Program-made: the position numbers and the translations under genes
Part shown: one piece after another, positions 48,508 through 58,530 of the stretch
Numbering within the stretch: position 1 is the first letter of the stretch
Layout: each line of letters starts with the position of its first letter
The notes under the pieces: generated by a model
What the model was told of the DNA's origin: nothing
The model's input: only the letters and a program-made list of their open reading frames with translations
Databases searched by the model: none
Source: an uncultured virus (IMG/VR IMGVR_UViG_3300037483_001817)
Taxonomy: Duplodnaviria > Heunggongvirae > Uroviricota > Caudoviricetes
Reading direction: 5' to 3' (one strand)
IMG/VR virus record: IMGVR_UViG_3300037483_001817
DNA: 64,000 bases

Positions 48508-49851
48508 ATGATGTCGAAGGTTCAAATGTCGGCATGCAGCCCAGGTCAGAAGCTTGTTTCGCTCGGGCTCCCCGGTCGCATCGACCGCGGTGTCGAGTCG
48601 CTCTCGGAGCGGATCGCGAAGCTCGAAGCATTGATCGCGGCGCGATCGACGTCAGCTGCCAAGTGCAAGGAGGCCAAGGTCGAGATCGCGGCGATCTCCG
48701 ATTTGGCCGCGGCGCTGGCCGCGAACGCTCCGGTCGCGATCGGTGTGTCCGGCGGCAAGGATTCCTGCGCCGCCGCCCTTGCGACGATCGAGTACCTGGA
48801 CACGATCGGCCACACCGGTCCGCGCATCCTCGTACACGCCGACCTCGGCGACGAGCGCCCGGAGCTGAGCGTCGAATGGACCGACTCGCTGCCGACGTGT
48901 CAGCGCCTCGCAGACCGGCTCGGCGTCGAGCTGATTGTCGTGCGTCGTGCAGCCGGCGGCATGATGAAGCGCTGGCAGGGCCGCTGGTCGAACAACCGTC
49001 GCCGTTACGCGAATCTCGAATGCGTCAAGGTCATCCTCCCCTGGTCGACGCCCTCGATGCGGTTCTGCACGTCAGAACTCAAGAGTGCGCCGATCGCCGC
49101 CGCGCTCGTCAAGCGGTTTCCTGGTCAGACGATCATTTCGGCCGCTGGCATCCGCCGCGCGGAGAGTCGCCAGCGTAGCGGCGCCAAGACGGCGCAGCGC
49201 AACAAGCGCCTTGAGCACAAGGGCTCCTGCACCACGGGCCTCGACTGGAACCCGATCGCCGAGTGGACCGATCGCGATGTCTATGCGTTCTGCGCAGCGC
49301 GCGGCTTCGATCTCCACGAGGGCTACACGGTTTACGGCATGAGTCGGATCTCGTGTCGGTACTGCATTATGGCGCAGCGTTCGGACCTGGTCGCGTCTAC
49401 GACGTGCGAGGACAACGTACCGGTGTTCCGCACGATGGTCGCGCTGGAGATCGCGTCGACCTTCGCGTTCCAGGGCTCGTCGTGGCTCGCTGACATTGCC
49501 CCGCAGTTGCTCGACGAGGAGACGGCGGCTGCGATCGCCGCCGCTAAGCAGCGTGCTCGTGCACGTGAGCAGATCGAGGCTCGCATCCCGAAGCACTTGC
49601 TTTATACCGAGGGCTGGCCGACGGTCATGCCCACGGCGGACGAGGCGGATCTGTTGGCCAAGGTTCGTCTCGCAGTCGCGGCGTTGCTGGGGCTCGAAGT
49701 GAAATACACCGATGCCGCCTCGATCATCGCCCGTTACGCGGAGCTGATGGCCATGAATGCGGCGAAGGCTGAGGCGCTCGCGAAGAAGACCGCGCGCAAG
49801 GCGCAGAAGATGAAGACGTCGAAGATCTTGTCGAAGGAGGTCGTGTCGTGA
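48508..49851 (+). CDS. PAPS-reductase-family (PP-loop) protein
   Basis: VSGGKDS PP-loop, RFCTSELK, GIRRAES, WNPIAEWT, SRISCRYCI. Confidence 0.9.
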   Translation: MMSKVQMSACSPGQKLVSLGLPGRIDRGVESLSERIAKLEALIAARSTSAAKCKEAKVEIAAISDLAAALAANAPVAIGVSGGKDSCAAALATIEYLDTIGHTGPRILVHADLGDERPELSVEWTDSLPTCQRLADRLGVELIVVRRAAGGMMKRWQGRWSNNRRRYANLECVKVILPWSTPSMRFCTSELKSAPIAAALVKRFPGQTIISAAGIRRAESRQRSGAKTAQRNKRLEHKGSCTTGLDWNPIAEWTDRDVYAFCAARGFDLHEGYTVYGMSRISCRYCIMAQRSDLVASTTCEDNVPVFRTMVALEIASTFAFQGSSWLADIAPQLLDEETAAAIAAAKQRARAREQIEARIPKHLLYTEGWPTVMPTADEADLLAKVRLAVAALLGLEVKYTDAASIIARYAELMAMNAAKAEALAKKTARKAQKMKTSKILSKEVVS

Positions 49852-50573
49852 CGAAGGAAGCTGCCCCGCTCACTCAGTCCCAGATCCAGGTGCTCTATAC
49901 CCGCGGCCTCATCGACAGTGCGACGTGGTCCAACGCTCTCCGCTCGTTCCGCGGCGATCATGGGCACGTCGGACAGCACGCGATTCAGACGTGCAAGGTC
50001 GCGATCGAGGCGCTGGTCGAACGTGCCGTCGACGCCGCGTGCGCGGTGATCCAGGAGCGACTCGCCGTCAAGACCGGCGATCTTGCGGCGACCATCCTCT
50101 CGGATGGTACGATCGAGCGCGAGCTGACGCGGTACGTGCATGCGGAGCTGGAGCTGGCCGGCAGTGGAGAGGGCTCGTGACCCGAAAAGCATGCTCGAAG
50201 AAGAAACCCGTGGCGGCGACACCAAGGACGTTCGCTCCGCGCGAGGAGCACGATCCGTTACGGCCGGGCGACATCGTGATGCTTCCGGACGGTGCGGTGG
50301 CGGCGATCGAGCGGATCGTCGGCACGGACGCCTACAATGAGTAACCAAAGTTCCTTCACTCTGGCGACATTGATTACCGCAGCGGGACGACGAGTCGGCG
50401 TCACGCTTGAATGGGACGGTGATTGCGTTAAGGATGCACGACGAAGAATCGCGCTTCCGTCGTCTACTGACAGCATTTACAAGACGATCGAAGTGCCAAC
50501 TGGCACGCAGATGCCTAGGCTGCTCCAGGCACTTGGGTACGCAGTCATTGAAAAGGCGCACAGCGGGCGCTAA
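49848..50573 (+). CDS. Three small hypothetical proteins (49848-50180, 50177-50344, 50337-50573)
   Basis: Overlapping start/stop chain. Confidence 0.55.
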
Positions 50574-50588
50574 CTGGATAGGCATGGA

Positions 50589-51143
50589 ATGTACCAAACG
50601 GATCGGGCGCGGCCCGTGGATCTTTCCGCTTTCGGAGCTGGCGCCCGTTTCGTGACCGACGACATCGTGATCAGAAAGGTACGTGAGCCCTACGGATGGC
50701 TCGGCAACATGTCGCCGCATCCGGTGGGGCTCTGGCGCACCGCGGAACATGCGTTCCAAGCGCAGCGTTTCCCTGACACCTCCGAGGTCAGGAAGCTGAT
50801 CATGGCTGCGACGAGTCCCATGATGGTGAAGAGGATCGCGAAAGAGCATGCACGCGAGATGATCGTGCAGCCGCGCTCCGAGCAGGACATCTCCAACATG
50901 CGCGTGATCTTGGGCCTGAAGCTGGAACAGCATCCGCTGTTATTGGAGGCCCTGCGCGCGACGGGAAACCGCCGTATCGTGGAGGACTGTACTGCGAGGG
51001 CGAACGAATCTGGTTTGTTCTGGGGCGCTGCGCGGCAGGCGGATGGGACGTGGCACGGTACGAATACGCTGGGCGTGCTGTGGATGGCGCTTCGTCCGGC
51101 AGAGAGGGCCGCAGAGATCGTGGAGCAACTGTCGTTGCTATGA
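50589..51143 (+). CDS. NADAR (YbiA-like) family protein
   Basis: YGWLGNMSPHP..WRTAEHAFQAQRF..KLEQHP..LRATGNRRIVED..FWG..GTNTLGVLWM. Confidence 0.92.
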   Translation: MYQTDRARPVDLSAFGAGARFVTDDIVIRKVREPYGWLGNMSPHPVGLWRTAEHAFQAQRFPDTSEVRKLIMAATSPMMVKRIAKEHAREMIVQPRSEQDISNMRVILGLKLEQHPLLLEALRATGNRRIVEDCTARANESGLFWGAARQADGTWHGTNTLGVLWMALRPAERAAEIVEQLSLL

Positions 51144-51422
51144 CGGATACGAAGCGGACGCGCGGGCAATACGTACAGGAGCTGGTCAACGAGGGCGCTA
51201 GCATGATTCGCCTACGGATCGGTGTCGTGACACGCGAGGGACCGCGGCAGTATGAGGTGTGCTGGGAAAGCGGTTTTCGACGTCGCTACCCTCAGGGCTA
51301 CGGGCACAAGCTGATGGACTGGCGCGACTGGACCTCTGACGAGCAGCGCAAGGTGCAGGACGAAATCTTCCAGCTCTGCGGGATTTGAGCGAGACTCGGG
51401 GGACGAGAGCACACCGGCAAAG

Positions 51423-51923
51423 ATGCCCAAAATCATCACGGCAAAGTTCGAGTCGACCTGTCCAGCTTGCTCCCAAAGGATCAAGCCTGGCAGAGCGATC
51501 GCCTATGAAAAAGGGAAGCCCGCAGTACATGCGGAGTGTGTCGGTCATGAGGCTGGGAACCCGGTCGATCAGCTGTTGATCGAACCTGCGCCAGACGGTG
51601 ACACCTGGATCGAATGCAAAGAATGTGGAGCAGCGAACTGGCTCAGTAAGCTGACCAAGCACGGAGTTGATGCCGGCAAGCTCGGGCATCGTTCGCGATG
51701 TCGCTCACGCCAGCAGTATGTGCCGGGCGCCTGCAAGCCCTCTGCGAAGAGTGCTGCCGAGCTTGATCGTGAGATCGGGGAGTCGCTCCGCGACGAAGAG
51801 CTGCGGAAGTTTGCTGACAACGTCCGCCGCACCGGAATGTCCAAAGGGCGTGACGAGGACGTCGCGGAATCCGTTCGTCGGGGCTTTTTGTCTGTCGATG
51901 ACGCCATGAACACCGACGATTGA
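51423..51923 (+). CDS. Zn-finger hypothetical protein with internal tag
   Basis: CPAC..HAEC and CKEC; contains KSAAELDREIGESL (51747-51788). Confidence 0.75.
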   Translation: MPKIITAKFESTCPACSQRIKPGRAIAYEKGKPAVHAECVGHEAGNPVDQLLIEPAPDGDTWIECKECGAANWLSKLTKHGVDAGKLGHRSRCRSRQQYVPGACKPSAKSAAELDREIGESLRDEELRKFADNVRRTGMSKGRDEDVAESVRRGFLSVDDAMNTDD

Positions 51924-51948
51924 TTCGAACGAAAGGGAGCATAGGCTG

Positions 51949-52458
51949 ATGGCGAACAACGGTACGAAGACGCGTGGCGCGCAGCTCGATCGTGAGATCG
52001 ACGAGGTCCTGCGCATGCGCGAAAAGAAGCAGGGAGCGGCGACGGGCGCGAAGGCCAAAGCCTCCGGCGTTCCGAGTCAGGCGGAGTACGAGCGTCGCGA
52101 GCTTGCAGATGCGCGCAAGCATCTCGACGGGCTTCGTCGGGCACCGCTCTCCGATCGGAAGGAGGCACAGGCGGAGTTCTACAAGGCGATGAGCGAAGAC
52201 CCCAATTTGGTGGCAGAGCGCGTCGGCTGGTTGCTCGCTGGTAACTACGGTTACGGCTCGATGCTCATGGCCAAGCAGGTGCTCGCGAACCCGCGCATGA
52301 ATCGCTCTGCGGCTCTCACGCAGATGGTTGGGGCCTTCGAGTGGATGACTCCCGACGACATGGTGCGTGCGGCGTGGAAGAAGCTCTCCGCAAGCGAGAA
52401 GGCTGCACTGGAGAGTGCGTTGCAGGCGGAAATTGCGAGCGCGCAGAGCGAGGAGTAG
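51949..52458 (+). CDS. Hypothetical protein with N-terminal tag
   Basis: MANNGTKTRGAQLDREIDEVL. Confidence 0.8.
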   Translation: MANNGTKTRGAQLDREIDEVLRMREKKQGAATGAKAKASGVPSQAEYERRELADARKHLDGLRRAPLSDRKEAQAEFYKAMSEDPNLVAERVGWLLAGNYGYGSMLMAKQVLANPRMNRSAALTQMVGAFEWMTPDDMVRAAWKKLSASEKAALESALQAEIASAQSEE

Positions 52459-52460
52459 CC

Positions 52461-52973
52461 GTGCCGCGCACGCCGAAGAAGGCGGCTCCCGCGAAGAAGA
52501 AGACGCCCGCCAAGCAACTCGAGCGCGAGATCGAGGAGACGCTGGCGAAGCGGCCTGACGGCAACGGCGGCATGGAGCGGATCACGCGCGAGCGCGTGCA
52601 TGAGGCGCTCATGGGCGAGCGCATCACACGGCGCGAGCCGATCGAGGTCACGCTCGCAGGCATTCCGAGTGCTTGGGATCTGATCTTCACCGTCGGTAAA
52701 ATGTATGGCGGCGGGCGCTCTGGCCGCATTTTGATCGTTTTGCCCAAGGGCGGCGTCGAGGATCCGTTGGCCGGTCTCGCGTATTCCGTCGAACTCGACC
52801 GGCCCTACGTGCATCACTTCTGGGTCGATTCCGATGCGCGCGGACGCGGGCTCGCGCAGGTCTTGTTCGACGCGTACCGGTCCGAGGTCTCGCCCGAGCT
52901 GGTCGTGGTCGGCCCCTTCACGAAGGCGGGCCGCGCGGCGGCCGAGCGTGCTGGCGCGACGATCGAGGAATAG
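52461..52973 (+). CDS. GNAT-family acetyltransferase-like protein with N-terminal tag
   Basis: VHHFWVDSDARGRGLAQVL (GNAT motif A); KKKTPAKQLEREIEETL. Confidence 0.7.
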   Translation: MPRTPKKAAPAKKKTPAKQLEREIEETLAKRPDGNGGMERITRERVHEALMGERITRREPIEVTLAGIPSAWDLIFTVGKMYGGGRSGRILIVLPKGGVEDPLAGLAYSVELDRPYVHHFWVDSDARGRGLAQVLFDAYRSEVSPELVVVGPFTKAGRAAAERAGATIEE

Positions 52974-53155
52974 ACTTTAGGTGTTGCGCGTTGCGCGGAG
53001 GCCGCGGCTTCGACGCCTCCTTTGATCGTAGCACGAGAGCTGTTTCGCGAAGGCTGCCTCACTTGTGGCGATCGCTCGCTCGAAATTGGGGCTTTGCAGT
53101 TCCACGCAGTAGACTCGAACGCGCGGAACGCGGAACCCCAAGACCACGGAGGCCC

Positions 53156-53485
53156 ATGTCGGTGAACAAGTCCGCCCAGCTTGATCGTGAGATCGCAGAG
53201 GCCCTGGCACGGCACAAGTCTCCGCTGCGCGTGGTCTGTCGCACGCTCGCGTTTGGGATCAAGAGCTGTGACTGGAAGGTCGTGGGTCCGCTGCGGGGCG
53301 CCGAATTTTCGTCGAGAATGAGGCGCGACGAGTCGGCGATCGTCCACCCCTCGACCAAGTCCATCGGTAAGTGGCAGGTCAGCTTCTTCGACGAGCTGGG
53401 GCCCGTCCGAGATTCGCAGCACTCGAGCGTCGAGGACGCGCTCAAGCAGGTCTCGCCGAAGAAGTGGAAGCTGAAGGCGTTCTAG
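53156..53485 (+). CDS. Hypothetical protein with N-terminal tag
   Basis: MSVNKSAQLDREIAEAL. Confidence 0.75.
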   Translation: MSVNKSAQLDREIAEALARHKSPLRVVCRTLAFGIKSCDWKVVGPLRGAEFSSRMRRDESAIVHPSTKSIGKWQVSFFDELGPVRDSQHSSVEDALKQVSPKKWKLKAF

Positions 53486-53520
53486 ATCTGCGCGAGACAC
53501 TATCGCGCTAGCCTCGCGGC

Positions 53521-54075
53521 ATGTCGATTCGTACCTTCGCCCTCGTCCTCGTCTTCGCCACGCTCACCGCCTGCTCTCCCATGCACTACACGCACGGGAT
53601 CCCTAACCTCGCGCAGGTCAACACCAACGTCTGGCGCTCTGGCCAGATCACGACGCAGGAGGGTTGGAACTACATCCGCGCGCTCGCGAACGGTCGACAC
53701 GTGCACGTAATCAAGTTGAACTTTGACACGGAAGGATCCGATGACCTCGCGGCGCGCATGGGCATCGAAGTGCATGTTCTCGCGATTCAACCCGAGGGAG
53801 ATCAAAGCACGTGGGACGATCTGAAGAGTGTGTTCAAAGGGCCGGATCCCCTGCTCGTCGACGAGGCAGAGACACTGCTCGTTGGAGCGACCGCCGACGA
53901 GCTGTGGCTCGTCCACTGCACCCACGGCCAAGATCGCACTGGGTACGTTATCGGCCGCTATCGCGTGTTGCACGACCACTGGACGAAGGATCGTGCGTAC
54001 CAAGAGATGCGTGACCATCATTTCCATCCCGAGCTCCATGGCGTGCATGAAGCGTGGGATAATTTCCGACCGTAG
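53521..54075 (+). CDS. Protein tyrosine / dual-specificity phosphatase, predicted lipoprotein
   Basis: Catalytic loop HCTHGQDRTG; N-terminal signal ending LTAC. Confidence 0.88.
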   Translation: MSIRTFALVLVFATLTACSPMHYTHGIPNLAQVNTNVWRSGQITTQEGWNYIRALANGRHVHVIKLNFDTEGSDDLAARMGIEVHVLAIQPEGDQSTWDDLKSVFKGPDPLLVDEAETLLVGATADELWLVHCTHGQDRTGYVIGRYRVLHDHWTKDRAYQEMRDHHFHPELHGVHEAWDNFRP

Positions 54076-54361
54076 CCACGGGACCGCGGCTCCGTGCCTG
54101 GCGCCGGCCCACGAACGTCAGAGGCGCCTTGTAGCGTCGTGGACATGCATGGAGCGCCTTTACAACCAGAGTCGACGGATTTGATCTACTGGAACGGGCG
54201 CTTCTTCTTGTGGTGCCTTAGTCGCCGTCCTGCGTGGGCGATGAGCAAAGATCTCCGGGGGTGGCCCCGGCAGATTCGTCCGACGGCGAGTGCTTGAGCT
54301 ACGATCGGGAGCTGTCGTGATCGTCGCGTCCAACGACGATAACAACTAGAATCGAGATGCC

Positions 54362-54710
54362 ATGGCCAGCAAGTGGAAGCTCACCGAGCGCATCCCTCTT
54401 TCCACCAAGGCGCTCGATCAGGCGGGGCGCAGCTACGACGTCGAGCTGCGCATGGATGGTGGACACTGGGTCGTCGCGCTGCTCGGCACGCCGGGGAGCT
54501 GGCGCTTCGAGACCATCAAGGACGCACCTGCGTTCCTTGCCATTTCTGGCTTCAGTTGGGGGTGGACCAATGCGGCGCCGAGCGCCGATCATTGCAGAGG
54601 CGAAAGAGATTATCGATGCACGCGAGGGGACGACGGCGACGAAAAAGTCTTCTGCACAGTTAGATCGCGAGATCGCCGATGCGCTGGCTCATCGCCCAGG
54701 GAAAGAATGA
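54362..54710 (+). pseudogene. Tagged hypothetical gene split by a 7-nt tandem duplication (frameshift)
   Basis: gcgccga x2 at 54575-54588; removing one copy joins MASKWKL... to ...TATKKSSAQLDREIADAL. Confidence 0.7.
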
Positions 54711-54726
54711 CCTTGGTACTCGGTAC

Positions 54727-55128
54727 ATGAAGACGGCACGCCAGCTCGATCGCGAAATCGCGAACCACCAGGAGCGCACGCGGCTCGTGGCTCGCGTGCA
54801 GACGCTCCTCGACAAGTGGCAACCCATTCTCGGCGTGGCTCTCAGCGACTTTCGGGTCAAGAAGATGCGGCGGTTTGGATCGCTCAACCTGGCCACGCGT
54901 CGCATGTGGATCAGCCAGGCGCTCGCAACGATGCAGCCAGCGGACCTCGAGTACGTGATCGTACACGAGCTCGTGCACCTCCTCATCGGTGACGAGAAGG
55001 GATCCGGGCACGACGCACGCTTCTACACGTTGATGGATCACTACATGCCGCGCTGGCGACAGCGGCATGCGCGACTGCGCAGCGACGAGGGTATCGTCGC
55101 CTCCAAACTTCCGGGCATGGCGCGTTGA
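54727..55128 (+). CDS. YgjP/DUF45-like (M48/SprT-type) zinc metallopeptidase domain with N-terminal tag
   Basis: MRRFGSL..LEYVIVHELVHL..GHDARFYTLMDHYMPRW; starts MKTARQLDREIAN. Confidence 0.85.
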   Translation: MKTARQLDREIANHQERTRLVARVQTLLDKWQPILGVALSDFRVKKMRRFGSLNLATRRMWISQALATMQPADLEYVIVHELVHLLIGDEKGSGHDARFYTLMDHYMPRWRQRHARLRSDEGIVASKLPGMAR

Positions 55129-55420
55129 TCAGCGTCGCGGCCATAGATTTTCGAGGTCTTCGTACACACCCTCGTAGTAGCGCCGAAAACCACGTTCGTT
55201 TTTGGGCCGGTCGTCAGGTTTGAGAGCGTCATCCACCACGCCCACAAACGTGCGTCGACGTCGGGTCCGACATCTTCGATGAAGGCCGCCACCGCGTCGA
55301 CCGGGTAGCCTTGGTCAAAGCCGCGGCGCACCTGCGTTCGGGCTTGTTCGAGTGCCCTGGTCGACGTCTGCCTCGTTACGGCGAGTATATCAGCTGCGCG
55401 GCGGCCGAGACCTCAGTCCT

Positions 55421-56167
55421 TCACTGGATGAAGATCGTTGCGACTTCCGCGTACGGAACAGCGCTGCCCGTACACGTTCCGTAGGGCGCTGTCTTGTCCG
55501 TACAGGGAGGCGTGTTCGTGCACAGCCCCGTCCAGCTGAAGCCACACGTCGTGGTGACGCCGTTGACCGTGCGCGCGCATTCGACGCGCGGATCTGAGCC
55601 CGCAGGCCAGTTGATGGCGCCACAGGCAAACGTCTTGGGTGAAGCCTGGAACAAGTCGCCATAGAACGCTCCGACGGCGACCGCGTATGTCGCGCGCTCC
55701 GCAGCGGTGGATGTCAACGGCAGGTAGGAATCGTGACGGACCGACACGTTCAAAGTAAAGCCGAAGGCGCTGGTCTTGGACAGCACGCACGCAGTCGTCC
55801 AACGCTTGTTCGCGCTGGTCGGAGCCGACGTGCGCCAGGCCGACGCGACACCCAGCGCTCCGTTGAACGTGAGCGTGCCGCTGGGACCTGTGGCGCTGAC
55901 GCTCTGCCCGCTCGAGACGGCGCAGGCCACGATCGCTCCGAATACGGCTTGGCCGTTGGCCGTCGATACGAGGCTCTGGATGGCGGCGCTGTTACTGTTC
56001 AGGCTTGCCCCGCCGATGGCGCTGGCAGCTGCCTTGGCACTGTTGAGCTGTGCCGCCGAGATCGCCTCGGGCGTGACGACTTCGTCTTCGACTGACGAGA
56101 CGGTCTCGTCGTCGATGGTGCAGTTTGCGAACACGAACAGAAGAAAGAGAACACTGAGCTGCTTCAC
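55421..56167 (-). CDS. Cys-rich secreted lipoprotein of a type common in myxobacteria
   Basis: Signal peptide ending FANC; IVACAV..FNGALGVA..W..RWTTACVLSKT..GAFYGDLF pattern, recognised from memory. Confidence 0.7.
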   Translation of the reverse strand: MKQLSVLFLLFVFANCTIDDETVSSVEDEVVTPEAISAAQLNSAKAAASAIGGASLNSNSAAIQSLVSTANGQAVFGAIVACAVSSGQSVSATGPSGTLTFNGALGVASAWRTSAPTSANKRWTTACVLSKTSAFGFTLNVSVRHDSYLPLTSTAAERATYAVAVGAFYGDLFQASPKTFACGAINWPAGSDPRVECARTVNGVTTTCGFSWTGLCTNTPPCTDKTAPYGTCTGSAVPYAEVATIFIQ

Positions 56168-56389
56168 GGAGACCTCGTTGTGGTTGGAAGCGGAAAGTAT
56201 CACGGGCCGCGGCACTCCCGCGCTAGCTGTTGAAGTGTGGGGTGGGTGCGCAAAGCACCCGTGTTTCGTTCTCTCCGGGATCTGTACACTAACTGCCGAG
56301 CTGGCGTCAGCGGGAGGCGCGGCTGCGCAGTGCTGACGGCGTTGTCTCGACGCAACTTCCCGGTGTGTTCGGCACGCGTTGAAGCGTGA

Positions 56390-56773
56390 TCAGCGTCGAG
56401 ACCGCGAGGTCGCTTCCGCGATCTCGCGGTCGAGCTGAGCTGGACTCTTCTTGCGGGCCGCGTGATGAGTCGTCATGTGTTTCGAGTCCGAGCCATAGCC
56501 AGCAGGAGGTGTCGCGATCATGAGTCGAAGGACGTTATCGAGGCGCTTCAGCTCGGTTGAATTGAGGTCGCGCTCGGCAGCGCGGCGGAGATCATCGAGC
56601 ACTTCACCAAACCAGAACTGACGATCGATGCGAGGTCCGATCTCCCTAGGCACACGCGTCATGTACGGACGCAGCGCTGGATTCGCCGCCGCGAAGGGAC
56701 TGTTGGGAGCTGCCCAACGGGCCGCATGATTCGCGAGCTGCAAGTAGCTGTCGAGCGACTTTTTCTTCGCCAT
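56390..56773 (-). CDS. Hypothetical protein with C-terminal tag
   Basis: Ends HHAARKKSPAQLDREIAEATSRSRR. Confidence 0.8.
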   Translation of the reverse strand: MAKKKSLDSYLQLANHAARWAAPNSPFAAANPALRPYMTRVPREIGPRIDRQFWFGEVLDDLRRAAERDLNSTELKRLDNVLRLMIATPPAGYGSDSKHMTTHHAARKKSPAQLDREIAEATSRSRR

Positions 56774-56780
56774 GGGTCCT

Positions 56781-57454
56781 TCACGACGAGTATATCAGCG
56801 TGCTCCACACCGTGCGGAAGCCTTCAGAGCGGCCTGGCGCCCAACCGCGAATCGGTTTGGCGAGGCGGCGCAGGAAGCGCTCATCGTCCTTGCGCTGCTT
56901 GCTCGCATTCACGAACACTTCACGACCGTCACGCAGCCGCACGATGAACTGGCATCCCGCGCTGCCCCAGCAGTAGAGCTTGCCGAGTTGGACAACGTCG
57001 GCCTGGTCGAACTCGACTTCCACCAGGCTGGGTAACGGGCAGCCTGTGTTCGAGATCATCTTCACGCGTCCGAGCATCACAGGCCCGCTTCCTTGCGAGT
57101 GCTTGCGATTTCGCCTTCGATGCGTGCGAGGTTATCGCGGTCGCGAGCCAGCCACGCTTCGGGTGACATACGCTTCCAGCGAGGGGCGTTGGGTCCGAGC
57201 TTCTCTAGGCGCGCCATGTGTTCCGCGATGTCGGCGCGGACCTGCGCGGCGTGAGATTCCATGCGGGCAATTTTGCCGGCCGCGCTCTCGACGAACACGC
57301 GGCCCGAGCCGATGCGCATGGTTTGCCCGCCGCACGCGAAGCACCCGCGCAGAACCTGACCCGACCACCACCCCGTACCCTTGCAGCGACCGCACACGCG
57401 GTAGGTTCCGAGGATCGTGCCGTTCGCCGCCTTCTTCGTTCCCATGTTCGCCAT
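56781..57454 (-). CDS. Two hypothetical proteins (57077-57454 with CGRCKGTG..CFACGG Zn finger; 56781-57080)
   Basis: ATG at 57454 lies 14 nt after the minus-strand core of cassette 4. Confidence 0.7.
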
Positions 57455-57468
57455 GCCCGAGGTTAATT

Positions 57469-57688
57469 GCACCCTGCATTCCACGACCTGACACGTCCTA
57501 TGAAGAGACGCCGTAGGTCTCGCCCGGTACGTCAAGCTCGCGATTGCCCGTGCCTGAGTGGCTGGCTACCCGTGTCTCGAGCGCTTCGGGATCTGTGAAT
57601 ATTAGACCCTGGGTCTACAAGTACCCGCTGGCTTGGACCAGGGACTTGGCGTGCAGCCACATTGCTGTCAGGATGGCGCGGCGGTTGC
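57469..57688. promoter_or_regulatory. Cassette 4: divergent sigma54-type promoters with two boxes
   Basis: Minus-strand GGAATGCAGGGTGC (57482-57469); boxes at 57556-57571 and 57611-57626; plus-strand TGGCGCGGCGGTTGCT (GG 57675, GC 57687). Confidence 0.8.
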
Positions 57689-57701
57689 TCCTGGATAGGA
57701 C

Positions 57702-58530
57702 ATGCGGATCACGCGGCACATGAAACTACTCCGCGCCATCATGCGCACTGGACGCGCACAGCGGGCTCGTAGGTTGAAGGCTCTTGCGCTTCGCGACACG
57801 CGTGACGCAATCGCGTGCGGACTCGATGATGCGCGCGACTGGAATGTCATTCGCGACACGATCAGCATGGCGGCGGACGAGCATGCGGCGGACGCGCATG
57901 AATGGCAGGCGGTCGAGGATTACCGTGAACTCGTAGCGCTTCGCGAGTTGAACGAACGTGCGCTCTGGGATGAGATCGATCGAGCGCGCGACGAAGAGAC
58001 GTTTTCGCGCTTCAACCGTGGGTTCGTGTCGTGAAGGATCTTTCCAAGCGGACCCTCGGCCAGTTCTCCAAGGGGCTGGAGGCAGCGCAGGCTGCGTTCC
58101 ACGCCGAGGTCGAGAAGCTTGCCGAACAGGCCCGCGTCGAGATCTTGCCGTACTTCAAGCTGCATGGCTTCAGCTTCGTCGCGGGCGCAGGGTGGGGATG
58201 GAGCATCTCCAAGCCCTCGGCGGATACCGCGCCGTACTATCGGCCCGAGGACCATGTTCAGAACGAAGATCTACCGCAGAACATCTGCAAGCTGCTCAAC
58301 CTCGAAGTCGCATACAACAACCAGCTTGGCCTCCACATCCGCGAGATCAAGCGAGGGGAGTGGTAGACGTGGCGAACAACGAGAGCAAGAAGCTCCAGTG
58401 CTGCTGGACGTCCCCGTGGCTCGTGCGGCTCTACACAGAGCGCGCGGGACGCCCGATCGCCATCATCACGGGCGCGAACATCGAGGCCGAGCTGGCCGAG
58501 GTCGCTCGACGCCGCGGGACTTCACGATGA
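57702..58530 (+). CDS. Three hypothetical proteins (57702-58034, 58031-58366, ~58369-58530)
   Basis: Co-oriented, coupled ORFs after cassette 4. Confidence 0.6.

Noticed and set aside
56254..56270. GGGTGC-GCAAA-GCACCC hairpin as a sixth cassette box or a terminator
   Set aside because: The spacer is N9 rather than N8, there is no partner box or correctly spaced GG-N10-GC, and there is no clear U-tract in the direction of transcription.
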